A DNA stretch of 64,000 bases. Origin: an uncultured Gammaproteobacteria bacterium. GTDB lineage: Bacteria; Pseudomonadota; Gammaproteobacteria; JABCZS01. Numbering within the stretch: the first letter of the stretch is position 1; each line of letters opens with the position of its first letter. Position numbers and translations under genes: made by a program. The notes under the pieces are model-generated. The model was given only the letters and a program-made list of their open reading frames with translations, was not told where the DNA came from and ran no database searches. The stretch covers positions 94,137 through 158,136 of the forward strand of contig CAYLHG010000002.1 in NCBI GenBank assembly GCA_964383495.1. The letters run 5' to 3'. Below, piece after piece: positions 23,742-33,738 of the stretch.

Positions 23742-23882
23742 AAAATATCACTTTTAAAATCAATGTGTTAGAAAATTTGGTTGCAGCCTGCTGCTGCCCA
23801 CGCTTATTTTACCCGATTTTTGCTCAAGATAACATCAAAACGACAGATAGATCAAATGAGACTGACCACCAAGAGGCACACC

Positions 23883-25607
23883 ATGCGACACCTTCTTAAA
23901 ATAAGCGCTATCCTCAGCCTTGCTGTTTCGCTCACTTATTTGACAGCCTGCTCAAAAAATGAACAGCACCCTGACAATGACAATACTAACATTGGGGCGC
24001 TTGATATTGAAGCAGAACAAAGCCCTACTTACCATTTTTTAGCCGGCGAAGTGGCACTTGATCGCAATAATTACCAAGAAGCATTAGTGCATTATTTATG
24101 GTTAACCAAACACATGGATGATCCTGTTTTCGCAGCACGTGCAACCAGTATTGCCTTAGAAGTACAAAACTACCAAGCTGCGGCAGAAACAGGCAAAGTT
24201 TGGGCAGAAAAAATGCCTCACGATTTACAAACACAAGCTATTGCTGCCAGCTTAATGTTGAAAGCAGGCTGCACATCTTGCGCACAACCTTATTTAAAAG
24301 CATTGCTTGTTCAATCCGATATGGAGACCATGCAATATTTAGCACAAGTTTATGGGGCACTTGATGATCAAGATTCACAACAACGCTATGTAACATTACT
24401 TGATCAATTAGGTCATAATAACAAAGATGCACGCGCTTTATTCATGGAAGCAGATTTACAATATAAATTAGGCGATAATATTGCTGCCAATAAAACCATC
24501 GATTCCATTCTCGCGGTTAAACCCAACTGGATGAGAGCACAAGCATTACGTATTCAAATGCTTTATGAAAGTGGAAAAAAACAAGAAGCTTATTCATATT
24601 TAAACGGAATGCTTGAAAAAGACCCTCACAACCCTGCTTTAAAATGGCTTTATGCAAAAATGTCGGTAGAAATGGGTCAAATGGACAAGGGACTTGCGAT
24701 ATTAAAAACTATCACAAAAGATCCCTCTTATGGTAATGAAGCAACACTAGAACTCACAAAACAATATATTCAATTAGGAAAATTTGCAGAAGCAAGAATT
24801 TATGCCGATGCTTATCAAACCAAAAATCCTGGCTCTGACGAAGGGTATTTCTTGCTAGGTTTTATTGCGCAAGAAACCAATCAATTACCTGAAGCCATTG
24901 CAGCCTACGAAAAAGTAAAAGGCGGTTTATATTATTTAAATGCACGCGTCCAAATGGTATTATGCGAAACAAAGCAAGGAAAAATATCTGCAGCACTCGC
25001 AGAAACAGACCGTCTAGCAGAGCAATTTCCCGAAGAATCTGAGCGCATTGCTTTAGTGCGTGCACAGGTTTTATTAGATAGTAATCAATATACGGAAGCA
25101 TATGAAACACTCACCGATATTATTAACAGCGATGCTCATACCAATGTTGAACTTTATTATGTTCGTGGATTAGTCGCCATTGAAATCAACAATATCTCAG
25201 CTGCTGCCAAAGATTTTAAATATGTGTTATCTAAAAACCCGCAACACATACAAACACTCAATGCATTCACACAATTACTGATTGATGAAGACAAGTTAGA
25301 TGAAGCACAAGTGTACAATGACCAAGCCGCACGCGTTGCACCGAATAATCCGGATACATTAGACAACACAGGTTGGCTGAAATTTAAGCGCGGGCAACTC
25401 GATGATGCTGTTCCTTATTTATTGAAAGCGTATAAAACAGCGAGCAGCCCCGCACACGCAGCACATTTAGGCGAGGTTTTATGGCAAAAAGGAAACGAAG
25501 CTGAAGCGGTAGCCGTATGGAACCATGGATTAGAGCAAGATCCTAATAACGCAGTGTTATTAAATTACATGAAAACCCACTTGGTTCATCCCGCTGCAGC
25601 TAAGTAA
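23883..25607 (+). CDS. TPR-repeat lipoprotein; the conserved neighbour of lolB in many gammaproteobacteria.
   Basis: Lipoprotein signal MRHLLKISAILSLAVSLTYLTAC (lipobox LTAC) followed by multiple TPR-like repeats. The ORF track extends it to 23781, but the signal peptide argues for a start at 23883. Confidence 0.7.
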   Translation: MRHLLKISAILSLAVSLTYLTACSKNEQHPDNDNTNIGALDIEAEQSPTYHFLAGEVALDRNNYQEALVHYLWLTKHMDDPVFAARATSIALEVQNYQAAAETGKVWAEKMPHDLQTQAIAASLMLKAGCTSCAQPYLKALLVQSDMETMQYLAQVYGALDDQDSQQRYVTLLDQLGHNNKDARALFMEADLQYKLGDNIAANKTIDSILAVKPNWMRAQALRIQMLYESGKKQEAYSYLNGMLEKDPHNPALKWLYAKMSVEMGQMDKGLAILKTITKDPSYGNEATLELTKQYIQLGKFAEARIYADAYQTKNPGSDEGYFLLGFIAQETNQLPEAIAAYEKVKGGLYYLNARVQMVLCETKQGKISAALAETDRLAEQFPEESERIALVRAQVLLDSNQYTEAYETLTDIINSDAHTNVELYYVRGLVAIEINNISAAAKDFKYVLSKNPQHIQTLNAFTQLLIDEDKLDEAQVYNDQAARVAPNNPDTLDNTGWLKFKRGQLDDAVPYLLKAYKTASSPAHAAHLGEVLWQKGNEAEAVAVWNHGLEQDPNNAVLLNYMKTHLVHPAAAK

Positions 25608-25608
25608 A

Positions 25609-26052
25609 TTATGATGAGGAGGATGATGATGAGGAGGAGCACGATCGTCTGCGCTGTTGAGCATCATCATCTCCATTTACATTGTTATTAGAAGAAAGTA
25701 ACGGCATAGAAGTAGAACTGCTGGGGAAATACCAATCATACAAAGTTTTACCAAACGCTACTAAAATAGCTATACCTATAGTTATTACAGCAATAACACC
25801 TAACTCGGGAGACAAATCTGCACCACTCTCTGATGATAGAGCTGAGGGTTGTTCTTCCCCACTAGAAGCTGCATCTAGTTCTCTCGGCTCGTTGTCTGCT
25901 TTATTCCCTAAACTCAATAAGGCTGCTATTGCGTTATCTACCCCGGCGACAACCGCTTTCCCCGAATCAGCTCCTAAACTAAGTAAGGGATTAAATAGGG
26001 GTGCCAGGGTATTACCCATGGGCGCCAAGATAGCATCTAAAAAACCTAACAT
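25609..26052 (-). CDS. Small hypothetical membrane protein (147 aa) with a poly-Ser tail; paralog of the next gene.
   Basis: Strong GGAGG SD 6 nt upstream of the ATG. One TM helix. Shares a GE(E)QPSAL motif and TM architecture with the 26081..26463 ORF. Confidence 0.5.
   Translation of the reverse strand: MLGFLDAILAPMGNTLAPLFNPLLSLGADSGKAVVAGVDNAIAALLSLGNKADNEPRELDAASSGEEQPSALSSESGADLSPELGVIAVITIGIAILVAFGKTLYDWYFPSSSTSMPLLSSNNNVNGDDDAQQRRRSCSSSSSSSSS
25612..25640. repeat. Trinucleotide simple-sequence repeat (TGA/GGA units) encoding the poly-Ser C-terminus of the 25609..26052 ORF.
   Basis: The sequence tgatgaggaggatgatgatgaggaggag is read directly. It translates as CSSSSSSSSSS-stop on the minus strand. 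Confidence 0.6.
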
Positions 26053-26080
26053 ATCTCTCCTCCTTTTCTACCATAAAAAA

Positions 26081-26463
26081 TTAATGACCCAATACTGGAT
26101 TGCTGCTGGGCTCGTTATTGCTGTTATTACCCTCATCAGATAAACGTAACGTTGTTCTACTCGGCGCAAATGCTTGGTCGAATATACTCCATAATATTAC
26201 AAAGAGCAGTCCCACCGCCAAAATAATCCCTACGATATCACCCCCTCCAAAGCCGTCAGAATCCTTCGACCCTAAAGCTGAAGGCTGCTCCCCATCGCTA
26301 TACGCGCCAACGTTATTGGGATCTACGCTTTCATCTGAAGCGCCCTCGGACCCGAAATAGAACACAACAGCGAGTATGCTAGACACACTGAGCAAAAATG
26401 CTACAGGAACTACGTAGGGGTGTTCCTTTTTGAGAAACCCTATATCTAATTCAGTAGCCGCCA
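26081..26463 (-). CDS. Small hypothetical membrane protein (127 aa); paralog of the preceding gene.
   Basis: Start chosen at MAATELD (26463), which has a GAGGA SD 4 nt upstream. Two TM helices and a shared DGEQPSALGS motif. Confidence 0.5.
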
Positions 26464-26607
26464 TAATTTCCTCGCATTTATAAAATAATAAGAACCTTAA
26501 GAGCCATCCTACCATACCTAGTTCCACAACTCAAATAATTTATACACCCTTCTTGAAAGCTATTATGCTATCATTCTGTGACCTTTTAAACGGACTAAGG
26601 ACCCCCT

Positions 26608-27240
26608 ATGCGCTTAAAATACATTACAACGCTCACCCTTACCCTTGCAGCCCTTTTGCTTGCCGGCTGCACCAGTACCCCTAAAGGGGCCGATATGTAC
26701 CTTCCCGCCGTAGACCGAGAAAGGGCCTTTGACCGCAACCAAGACCGCCTCTCTAATCTGGAATCCTGGCAATTTGATGGGCGTTTCTCTATTCGTCATG
26801 ATAAGGAAGCAGATAGCGCCAATCTCTCTTGGCTACAAGAGGGAGAACAATACTTGCTGAAAATATCCGGCCCGCTTGACCAAGGCACTATTTTCATCCG
26901 TGGCGATAATAAAAGCGTTTCCTACAAAGATGCGAAAGGTACCACAGACACCGCTAAAACGCCTGAAGCGCTGCTGGCCAAACACACTCAGTATAAACAA
27001 CTCCCCATTTCCAGTTTGCGTTACTGGGTGTTGGGCCGGCCGGATCCTCGCTACGCCTACGACCTCAATATTGCTCCCAGCGGAGATTTACGCCGCTTGA
27101 TGCAACATGGGTGGGAAATCAGCTATAGTGCATTTGCGGCAGAAGATCCTTATCGTCTCCCAAGCAAAATCACATTGAAACACCCTGAGCTACAAATTGT
27201 GATCAGTATTCATCAGTGGAACCCAGCATTATCGGATTGA
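26608..27240 (+). CDS. lolB: Outer-membrane lipoprotein LolB.
   Basis: Lipoprotein signal with lipobox LLAGCTS. About 210 aa. Conserved lolB-ispE-prs order. Confidence 0.8.
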   Translation: MRLKYITTLTLTLAALLLAGCTSTPKGADMYLPAVDRERAFDRNQDRLSNLESWQFDGRFSIRHDKEADSANLSWLQEGEQYLLKISGPLDQGTIFIRGDNKSVSYKDAKGTTDTAKTPEALLAKHTQYKQLPISSLRYWVLGRPDPRYAYDLNIAPSGDLRRLMQHGWEISYSAFAAEDPYRLPSKITLKHPELQIVISIHQWNPALSD

Positions 27241-27242
27241 AA

Positions 27243-28073
27243 ATGGCAAGCAGCCTCACATTACAAAGCCCTGCAAAGCTGAATCTTTTTTTACATATTA
27301 TTGGTCGCCGGCCGGATGGCTACCATTTACTGCAAACCGTATTTCAGCTGATTAATTATTGCGATACGTTGCAGTTCCAACTTCGTGATGACAACCAAAT
27401 CGTATTGACAGGGGATACACCGGACATTCCACCCGAAAACAATTTAATCATGAAAGCAGCGTTACAACTGAGAGAAGAGCGTCACGATTTACCTGGCGTC
27501 GATATCCGCTTTGAAAAACGCATTCCCATGGGGGCTGGGCTGGGCGGCGGCAGTTCTAACGCTGCTACCACCCTATTAGCACTTAATAAGCTATGGGCAT
27601 TGAACAAAGCACAGGCAGAATTGATATCCATTGGGTTGAAACTCGGCGCAGACGTGCCTCTATTTGTGATGGGACATTCTGCATTTGCTGAAGGCATTGG
27701 TGAAATACTCACACCCATCGAACTACCCACCCAATGGTATGCCGTTATCAAACCACCCGTTCATGCAGACACGCGCGCGTTATATCAAGATCCCCGATTG
27801 ACAAGAAACACAAAACCGCTGACAATAGCGGAGTATTGTGCAGGCGTTGCTACGCACAACGATTTTTTAGCAGTGTTGCTGGCCCAATATCCAATATTGC
27901 ATGAAACGTATGACATGTTGAAACAATTTGGAGAGCCAAAATTAACAGGTAGTGGATCTGCCTTTTTTCTCGCGTGCGAAACGCGAGAAAAAGCTGAAAA
28001 ATGCATTGGACAAATGAATTCACAAGTGGTAGCATTTGTCGCGCAGGGGGTCGAACGATCACCTGGTTTATAA
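27243..28073 (+). CDS. ispE: 4-diphosphocytidyl-2-C-methyl-D-erythritol kinase.
   Basis: GHMP kinase motif PMGAGLGGGSSNAA and the N-terminal PAKLNLFLHI motif. Confidence 0.85.
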   Translation: MASSLTLQSPAKLNLFLHIIGRRPDGYHLLQTVFQLINYCDTLQFQLRDDNQIVLTGDTPDIPPENNLIMKAALQLREERHDLPGVDIRFEKRIPMGAGLGGGSSNAATTLLALNKLWALNKAQAELISIGLKLGADVPLFVMGHSAFAEGIGEILTPIELPTQWYAVIKPPVHADTRALYQDPRLTRNTKPLTIAEYCAGVATHNDFLAVLLAQYPILHETYDMLKQFGEPKLTGSGSAFFLACETREKAEKCIGQMNSQVVAFVAQGVERSPGL

Positions 28074-28076
28074 ATT

Positions 28077-28151
28077 TGGGGTGTCGCCAAGCGGTAAGGC
28101 ACGGGGTTTTGATCCCCGCATACCTAGGTTCGAATCCTAGCACCCCAGCCA
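28077..28151 (+). tRNA. tRNA-Gln (anticodon UUG).
   Basis: 75-nt cloverleaf (TGGGGTGTCGCCAAGCGGTAAGGCACGGGGTTTTGATCCCCGCATACCTAGGTTCGAATCCTAGCACCCCAGCCA). It is near-identical in the acceptor, D and T arms to the E. coli tRNA-Gln. Anticodon loop TTTTGAT; the 3' CCA is encoded. Confidence 0.9.
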
Positions 28152-28182
28152 AATTTCCATTTAGCGTAATCGAGGGTGGCCA

Positions 28183-29142
28183 GTGTCTCATCCAAACAAT
28201 CTTACTATTTTCACTGGCAATGCCAATCCTGTCTTGGCACGCGGCATTGCGCAGCATCTGAAAGTTCCTCTAGGGAAAGCAACGGTAGGCCGTTTTAGCG
28301 ACGGCGAAACTCAGGTTGAAATTTTAGAAAACGTCAGAGGGCTTGACGTATTTATCATTCAGCCTACCAATGCACCTGCAAACGAGCACTTGATGGAATT
28401 AGTCATCATGGCGGATGCTTTGCGACGCGCTTCTGCGCACAGTATTACAGCCGTTATCCCGTATTTTGGCTATGCAAGACAAGACCGTCGTGTACGTTCC
28501 AGCCGAGTTCCTATTACTGCGAAAGTAGTGGCAGATATGCTTGCTGCTGTAGGTATTTGTCGTGTGGTAACGGTTGATTTGCATGCTGAGCAAGTGCAAG
28601 GCTTTTTTGATATGCCGGTAGATAACGTATACGCTTCACCGGTTTTATTAGCTGATTTACACAATCACAGCAAAAAAGAAGAACTGGTGGTAGTCTCTCC
28701 TGACGTAGGAGGCGTAGTGCGCGCCCGAGCAATTGCGAAACGGCTTAACGACGCAGACTTGGCTATTATCGACAAACGGCGGCCGAGGCCTAATGAAAGC
28801 GAGGTCATGAATATAATTGGTGACGTGACTGGAAAATCCTGTATAATCGTCGACGACATTGTAGATACCGCTGGTACCCTTTGTACTGCTGCCACTGTAT
28901 TAAAAGAGCGAGGAGCGAAAGGGGTTGCTGCCTATTGCACCCACGCGGTGTTATCGGGCAAGGCAATGGCTACCCTCAGTGCTTCTGCGCTGGATGAGTT
29001 GGTCGTCACGGACACTATCTTGTTGAAAAATGAGGCTTTAAGCTGCCCTAAGATACGTCAAATCAGCCTTGTTGGGCTTTTGTCTGAAGCTATTCGACGG
29101 ATTCATGGGGCCGAGTCTTTAAGCAGTATGTTTCCAGAGTAA
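28183..29142 (+). CDS. prs: Ribose-phosphate pyrophosphokinase.
   Basis: PRPP-binding motif [13 protein letters not shown] and the [11 protein letters not shown] motif. GTG start with a GAGGG SD. Confidence 0.9.
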   Translation: MSHPNNLTIFTGNANPVLARGIAQHLKVPLGKATVGRFSDGETQVEILENVRGLDVFIIQPTNAPANEHLMELVIMADALRRASAHSITAVIPYFGYARQDRRVRSSRVPITAKVVADMLAAVGICRVVTVDLHAEQVQGFFDMPVDNVYASPVLLADLHNHSKKEELVVVSPDVGGVVRARAIAKRLNDADLAIIDKRRPRPNESEVMNIIGDVTGKSCIIVDDIVDTAGTLCTAATVLKERGAKGVAAYCTHAVLSGKAMATLSASALDELVVTDTILLKNEALSCPKIRQISLVGLLSEAIRRIHGAESLSSMFPE

Positions 29143-29265
29143 GGGGTTTTCCCCTGAAATAACCGCCCTGTAGGGACGCATAATATGCGCTCGCCGGGGC
29201 AGCGCCGTAGGCGCGGGGATTTTCCTTGGTCGCGAGGGAAATCTTAAACAAACCAGGAGTAACAC

Positions 29266-29988
29266 ATGAATCACATATACGAAATCGAAGCGCAAGCACG
29301 CTTAGACGCTGGGAGGGGTGCGAGCCGCCGCCTACGTCACGCAAACAAGGTACCTGCCATTGTATACGGCGCAGGTAAAGCAGCTGCGTCATTAACGCTA
29401 GAACACAAAGAAGTGATCAAGCATTTATCACATGAAGCTTTCTATTCACATATTTTGACGTTGAAAATAGACGGCAAAAAAGAAGACGTCGTATTAAAAG
29501 ATGTACAACGTCACCCTGTAAAAGCACGTATTCTTCATATGGATTTTTTACGTGTTAAAGCAGACGAACCTATTACATTGCATGTTCCTTTGCACTTCAT
29601 CGGCGAAGCAGATTCTCCTGCTGCGAAAAAAGACGGTAAATTCACACACATGATGACAAACGTAGAAGTAAAATGCTTGCCACGTAATTTGCCTGAATAT
29701 ATTGAGGTTGATGTTTCTAAATTAGATGTTGATGAGTCAATCCATTTATCTCAATTAACATTACCGAAAGGCGTCACCCTTCCTGAGTTAGATTTAGGTG
29801 AAACGCACGATCGCGCTGTGGTTGCAGCGGAAATCATTCAAGAAGCAGCTGAAGATCTTCAAGCTGATGAAGCAGAAGAAGCATTGAAGCAAGCTGAGCA
29901 CGATGCATTCTTGAAAGAACATCCTGAAGCTGATGAAGCAGAAGGCGAAGCAGCTAAACCTGCTGAAGGCGATGCTCCTAAGGAATAG
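29266..29988 (+). CDS. rplY: 50S ribosomal protein L25 / general stress protein Ctc form (acidic C-terminal extension).
   Basis: L25 N-terminal domain (RLRHANKVPAIVYG), 240 aa. Lies between prs and pth as in other gammaproteobacteria. Confidence 0.85.
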   Translation: MNHIYEIEAQARLDAGRGASRRLRHANKVPAIVYGAGKAAASLTLEHKEVIKHLSHEAFYSHILTLKIDGKKEDVVLKDVQRHPVKARILHMDFLRVKADEPITLHVPLHFIGEADSPAAKKDGKFTHMMTNVEVKCLPRNLPEYIEVDVSKLDVDESIHLSQLTLPKGVTLPELDLGETHDRAVVAAEIIQEAAEDLQADEAEEALKQAEHDAFLKEHPEADEAEGEAAKPAEGDAPKE

Positions 29989-30019
29989 TTAAAAAGAAGC
30001 CGCCCCATTCAAAGGGGCA

Positions 30020-30058
30020 GCATATTGCGGGCTTTGCCCGCAATATGCGGGGGTTTTT
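30020..30058 (+). terminator. Rho-independent terminator after rplY.
   Basis: 13-bp perfect stem (GCATATTGCGGGC-TTT-GCCCGCAATATGC) followed by GGGGGTTTTT. A smaller GCCCC/GGGGC hairpin sits just upstream at 30002..30018. Confidence 0.7.
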
Positions 30059-30078
30059 AAGGTTGTCGCCTCCGTCAC

Positions 30079-30663
30079 ATGAGTGAGCACGTAACCATGA
30101 TTCAACTCATCATCGGCCTATCCAACCCCGGCCCTACATATGCAGAAACTAGACACAATGCAGGGGCGTGGTTTGTTTCATCTCTTCTCGGCACAACGCC
30201 GCTCAAAACAGAAGCCAAATTATTTTGCAACATGGCGAATACAACACTGTATGGCCAACCCTGCCGAGTGATGATCCCTTCTACTTACATGAACGAAAAC
30301 GGAAAAGCAGTACTGGCTGTAGCACAATTTTATAAAATTCCGCCCGAAAATATCTTAGTTGCGCATGATGAACTCGATTTACCCCCTGGCACTGTGCGCT
30401 TAAAAACAGGCGGCGGGCACGGTGGGCACAACGGATTGCGGCATATTATACAAGTGTTGGGCACCCCACACTTTCATCGTCTCCGTATTGGCATTGGCCA
30501 CCCTGGTAATGCAAAAGAAGTGGTTGACTACGTACTTAAAAAACCACAAAATGACGACCGCAAAGCCATTGATGATGCAATTATCCAAGCATTGCAAGTG
30601 ATGCCGGAGATCATGCAAGACAACTTCCCAGCAGCAATGAAAAAGTTGCATACAGCGCCTTAA
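30079..30663 (+). CDS. pth: Peptidyl-tRNA hydrolase.
   Basis: GLSNPGPTYAETRHNAG and HNGLRH motifs. The start is possibly at 30097 (MIQLIIGL). Confidence 0.85.
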   Translation: MSEHVTMIQLIIGLSNPGPTYAETRHNAGAWFVSSLLGTTPLKTEAKLFCNMANTTLYGQPCRVMIPSTYMNENGKAVLAVAQFYKIPPENILVAHDELDLPPGTVRLKTGGGHGGHNGLRHIIQVLGTPHFHRLRIGIGHPGNAKEVVDYVLKKPQNDDRKAIDDAIIQALQVMPEIMQDNFPAAMKKLHTAP

Positions 30664-30777
30664 AAGCCGTCATATTGCGAACACTCTTTTTAGGCATGGT
30701 GCTCTCCTGCTTTTTCGGTTTTGTTGACGTTGTTATTCATTTGTAAGTTTTAATATTTCTGTCTTTATAGAAAATTA

Positions 30778-31686
30778 TTAATTTGAGAGCTGCTCAGCCA
30801 ACCATGTCAAAGAGTATTGGACTGCTTCGTCAGAAACTTCATGGCCCATGCCTTTCACACGATGATAAGTGATAGGCGCTCCTGCTTTGGTTGCTTTTTC
30901 AACAAAAACATCAGTGGAAGGCGTGATGCTATCTTCATCACCCACGACAACCAATAAGGGTGTCTCCATTTTTTGATAATAATACGGGGGTTGTTCATAA
31001 GCGTCTGCATGATAGAGATACGTCATCCCTCCCAACCACTTATCAGTCGAAGGATTTTTCTTAATATCCTGCACAAGCAGTTCGTATTCTTTTTTATTTT
31101 TTGGAATATCATTATCAACAGATTGATCATGAGCACGTTGGTATTCATAGAATTGCCAGAATTGCTCATCCCAAAGCCAATCAACTGCACCAATCCAATT
31201 GATTGTTGCTAGCGTACGTTGTGGATGCAATAACATTAACTGCGTTGCTAATGCACCTCCTTCTGAGCCGCCTAAAAATACAAACGTTCCATCCCACCCT
31301 TGGGGCGGATGTTGCTCTAAATACGCAATAACACGCTGATGATCTGCCAAACGTTGACTGCGCGTATAATGCTGCCAAAAAGCAGGCTCATCAATACACT
31401 CACCCTTAATACCCCATTGATCTACCGTTAATAAAGCGAAACCCATCTCTACAAAAGGATTTCCTACCGCCGTGTGGGAATGCACAACACTCGTCAAATG
31501 TCCCTGTGAAGAAGAGCCTTCTAGCAAAATAAGAATGGGGAAAGAAGGCGTAGAAGGTTCTGACAAATAATAAGTAATCGCGGGCGAACCCGCTGCCTCA
31601 CGCGGTACCGTAAATGTATCATATCCTAACACCGCGCTTGTGTAAGAAAGCGATAAACTAACTAAAACACTTAGAGAAAATCGCAT
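30778..31686 (-). CDS. Secreted alpha/beta hydrolase with an S9 (prolyl-oligopeptidase-type) serine peptidase-like catalytic domain.
   Basis: Signal peptide MRFSLSVLVSLSLSYTSAVLG. Nucleophile elbow GGSEGG, acid VVVGDEDSI and His GMGHEV in alpha/beta-hydrolase order. GGAG SD present. Ends 16 nt after the ABC gene upstream. Confidence 0.7.
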   Translation of the reverse strand: MRFSLSVLVSLSLSYTSAVLGYDTFTVPREAAGSPAITYYLSEPSTPSFPILILLEGSSSQGHLTSVVHSHTAVGNPFVEMGFALLTVDQWGIKGECIDEPAFWQHYTRSQRLADHQRVIAYLEQHPPQGWDGTFVFLGGSEGGALATQLMLLHPQRTLATINWIGAVDWLWDEQFWQFYEYQRAHDQSVDNDIPKNKKEYELLVQDIKKNPSTDKWLGGMTYLYHADAYEQPPYYYQKMETPLLVVVGDEDSITPSTDVFVEKATKAGAPITYHRVKGMGHEVSDEAVQYSLTWLAEQLSN

Positions 31687-31702
31687 GAAACACTCCACAA
31701 AA

Positions 31703-33727
31703 TTACGCTTTCAATGTAAACGACGTTCGTTGGGCTTTTAAAAATCCGTTGAAATGACTAGTTTTATTGTCTGTTAATTCCGTATAACTACCTGACTCTA
31801 AAATAGTTGCCCCCCCTCTTGACGCTCCTTCTTGCTGCGCAGGATTTCTTCCTAAAAAGTATACCTTATCTACAGCTGTGATAGTTTCTAAGTTATGCGT
31901 AATCACCACGACAGCCGCATTATTATTTCTGGCCACTTGACTTAAGTCTCTGATTAAAGTACTGGCTACAATGGGGTCTAGCCCAGCTGTTAACTCATCA
32001 AAAACATAAAGTTTGGCTTTACGCAGCAACGCTCTTGCAATTCCAATGCGCTGCCGCTCCCCGCCTGATAATCGACCTGCATATAATACTTTTGCTTCAG
32101 CAGGTGCCTCTTGTGGAAGCCGAAGGTTGGCTAGTCCAACTTCGTCAATAACACTATCCATTAGCTCTCGCGTATAGGAGGTAAGATTCGGATAGCTGAT
32201 ATTATAATAAATGTCTCGCATAAAAATGTCTGTATTCTGCAAGACCATCATGCCATGCTTTCCCATAGTATCACGATCGATAGGTTGCGCTTCGCCATTA
32301 ATATGAAACTTAACCGAACCGCTTGTTACCGGATAAAGCCCCATGATTAACTTCGCAATGGTCGATTTACCACAACCGCTTGCTCCTACAATTGCAATAC
32401 ATTCTCCCGATGAAACCGTTAAGTTGACGTCATTAAGGACTAATTTCCGTTGGGGAGCATTCGGCTCAAATGAAAAACCCAACTTGCTCAAGGTGAGCGT
32501 AACCATATCATCCCGGGAGTCGATTGTACTCGAGCTTTTTAGGCTGCTCGAGATAGAAGAAGCTACGTCCCCAAATTGCACGTGATTTTCTACTACTGCG
32601 GGGAGCGAAGGCCTGGTAGCAACATTACCGGACCTCACAAACTTTAAAACCGTATTAACGATAGATTCAGCTTCGGTGATACCTTCAAACGCTCCAGAGC
32701 TTTTTGATAAAGGTCCAGACAATAACACTAGCATATTAATGATACTTAATAGTTGATTAGGGGTTACCGGCTGGTCCTCTTTAGTTGTTTCATCAACATA
32801 AAAATAACCACCTATCGTAAGAGAGCCATAAAAAATAAATTGCCTTAAAGCATCGGAAATCGCTTTTGTCTTTAAGAAATTACTTTTAGCTTTATTCATC
32901 TCTAGTATAACAACGTCTAGCTTGCTTTTTTCTTCCTGCTCGCCTTTAAAAGCTTTAATGCTCACAATATTATCAAAATCTTGTTGAAGCTGCTTGGCTA
33001 CCTCTATATAGGCTTTATTCATTCTCACAGAAGCCTCAGAGATATGCCTGTTTATAAAAAAAGCTACAATAGGAAGCACTGGCACATAAATAAAAGTATA
33101 CGCAAGCCTACTACTAAATGTGCTTGATATCACTGCTAGCAAACAACTTAGCTCGAGCAGTGATGCATGCAATAAAAACATCTCTTTGGTAATCTTTGAT
33201 ATATGCGGTTGAAGAACTTGCTGCACCTCGGGGAATGAATAACCAGATCCATTTTTTTTAACACTATGCGAAATTAAACTGGCATTGTTAACTTTATCCA
33301 TATAATCAGACAGCACTTGAGCCGTCGTCAACTGCAATCCACGGTCCATCATACTATCTGCCATGGCATTACAAAATTGCCCTATATATAGACAAAGAAT
33401 GTAAAAGCCTGCCAGCTGGTATAACGCCGTTTGATTTGTTAATATCGCTACATCAACAACACAATTAGGGTTCTCTTCGCTAGAGTCAGAACTATCCCAA
33501 CATTCGACACTTACCTCTACATACTTTTTCCCCATTAAACCAGAAACGACAATAGCGCCACTGTTTGCTCCCATTGAAACCAAACGTAAAACAGATGCAA
33601 GCCCGTAATATCCTCCTCCATTTCTCATCGAGTGGGTGAGAAGATACCAAGTATCATTATAAACTTGCTTTATTTTCCCTAATAAATTCCCAGCGCCTTG
33701 CCATGCATTGTTAAAAAAATTAGCCAC
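31703..33727 (-). CDS. ABC exporter, fused permease and ATPase (type I exporter half-transporter).
   Basis: Walker A GASGCGKST, signature LSGGERQRIGIARAL and Walker B LYVFDE. An N-terminal 6-TM exporter domain. GTG start with a GAGGT SD, 11 nt after the rSAM stop. Confidence 0.8.
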   Translation of the reverse strand: MANFFNNAWQGAGNLLGKIKQVYNDTWYLLTHSMRNGGGYYGLASVLRLVSMGANSGAIVVSGLMGKKYVEVSVECWDSSDSSEENPNCVVDVAILTNQTALYQLAGFYILCLYIGQFCNAMADSMMDRGLQLTTAQVLSDYMDKVNNASLISHSVKKNGSGYSFPEVQQVLQPHISKITKEMFLLHASLLELSCLLAVISSTFSSRLAYTFIYVPVLPIVAFFINRHISEASVRMNKAYIEVAKQLQQDFDNIVSIKAFKGEQEEKSKLDVVILEMNKAKSNFLKTKAISDALRQFIFYGSLTIGGYFYVDETTKEDQPVTPNQLLSIINMLVLLSGPLSKSSGAFEGITEAESIVNTVLKFVRSGNVATRPSLPAVVENHVQFGDVASSISSSLKSSSTIDSRDDMVTLTLSKLGFSFEPNAPQRKLVLNDVNLTVSSGECIAIVGASGCGKSTIAKLIMGLYPVTSGSVKFHINGEAQPIDRDTMGKHGMMVLQNTDIFMRDIYYNISYPNLTSYTRELMDSVIDEVGLANLRLPQEAPAEAKVLYAGRLSGGERQRIGIARALLRKAKLYVFDELTAGLDPIVASTLIRDLSQVARNNNAAVVVITHNLETITAVDKVYFLGRNPAQQEGASRGGATILESGSYTELTDNKTSHFNGFLKAQRTSFTLKA

Positions 33728-33738
33728 TACTTACCTCT

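Noticed and set aside
25612-25640. Poly-Ser trinucleotide repeat as a phase-variation switch.
   Set aside because: The repeat unit is 3 nt, so slippage keeps the frame. Only tail-length polymorphism is expected, not on/off switching.
25682-26143. Plus-strand 153-aa ORF overlapping both small membrane-protein genes.
   Set aside because: It has no SD, is low-complexity (Ala/Ser/Leu), and runs straight across the 28-nt intergenic gap. The two minus-strand ORFs each have near-consensus SD sequences and are paralogous at the protein level, which favours the minus strand.
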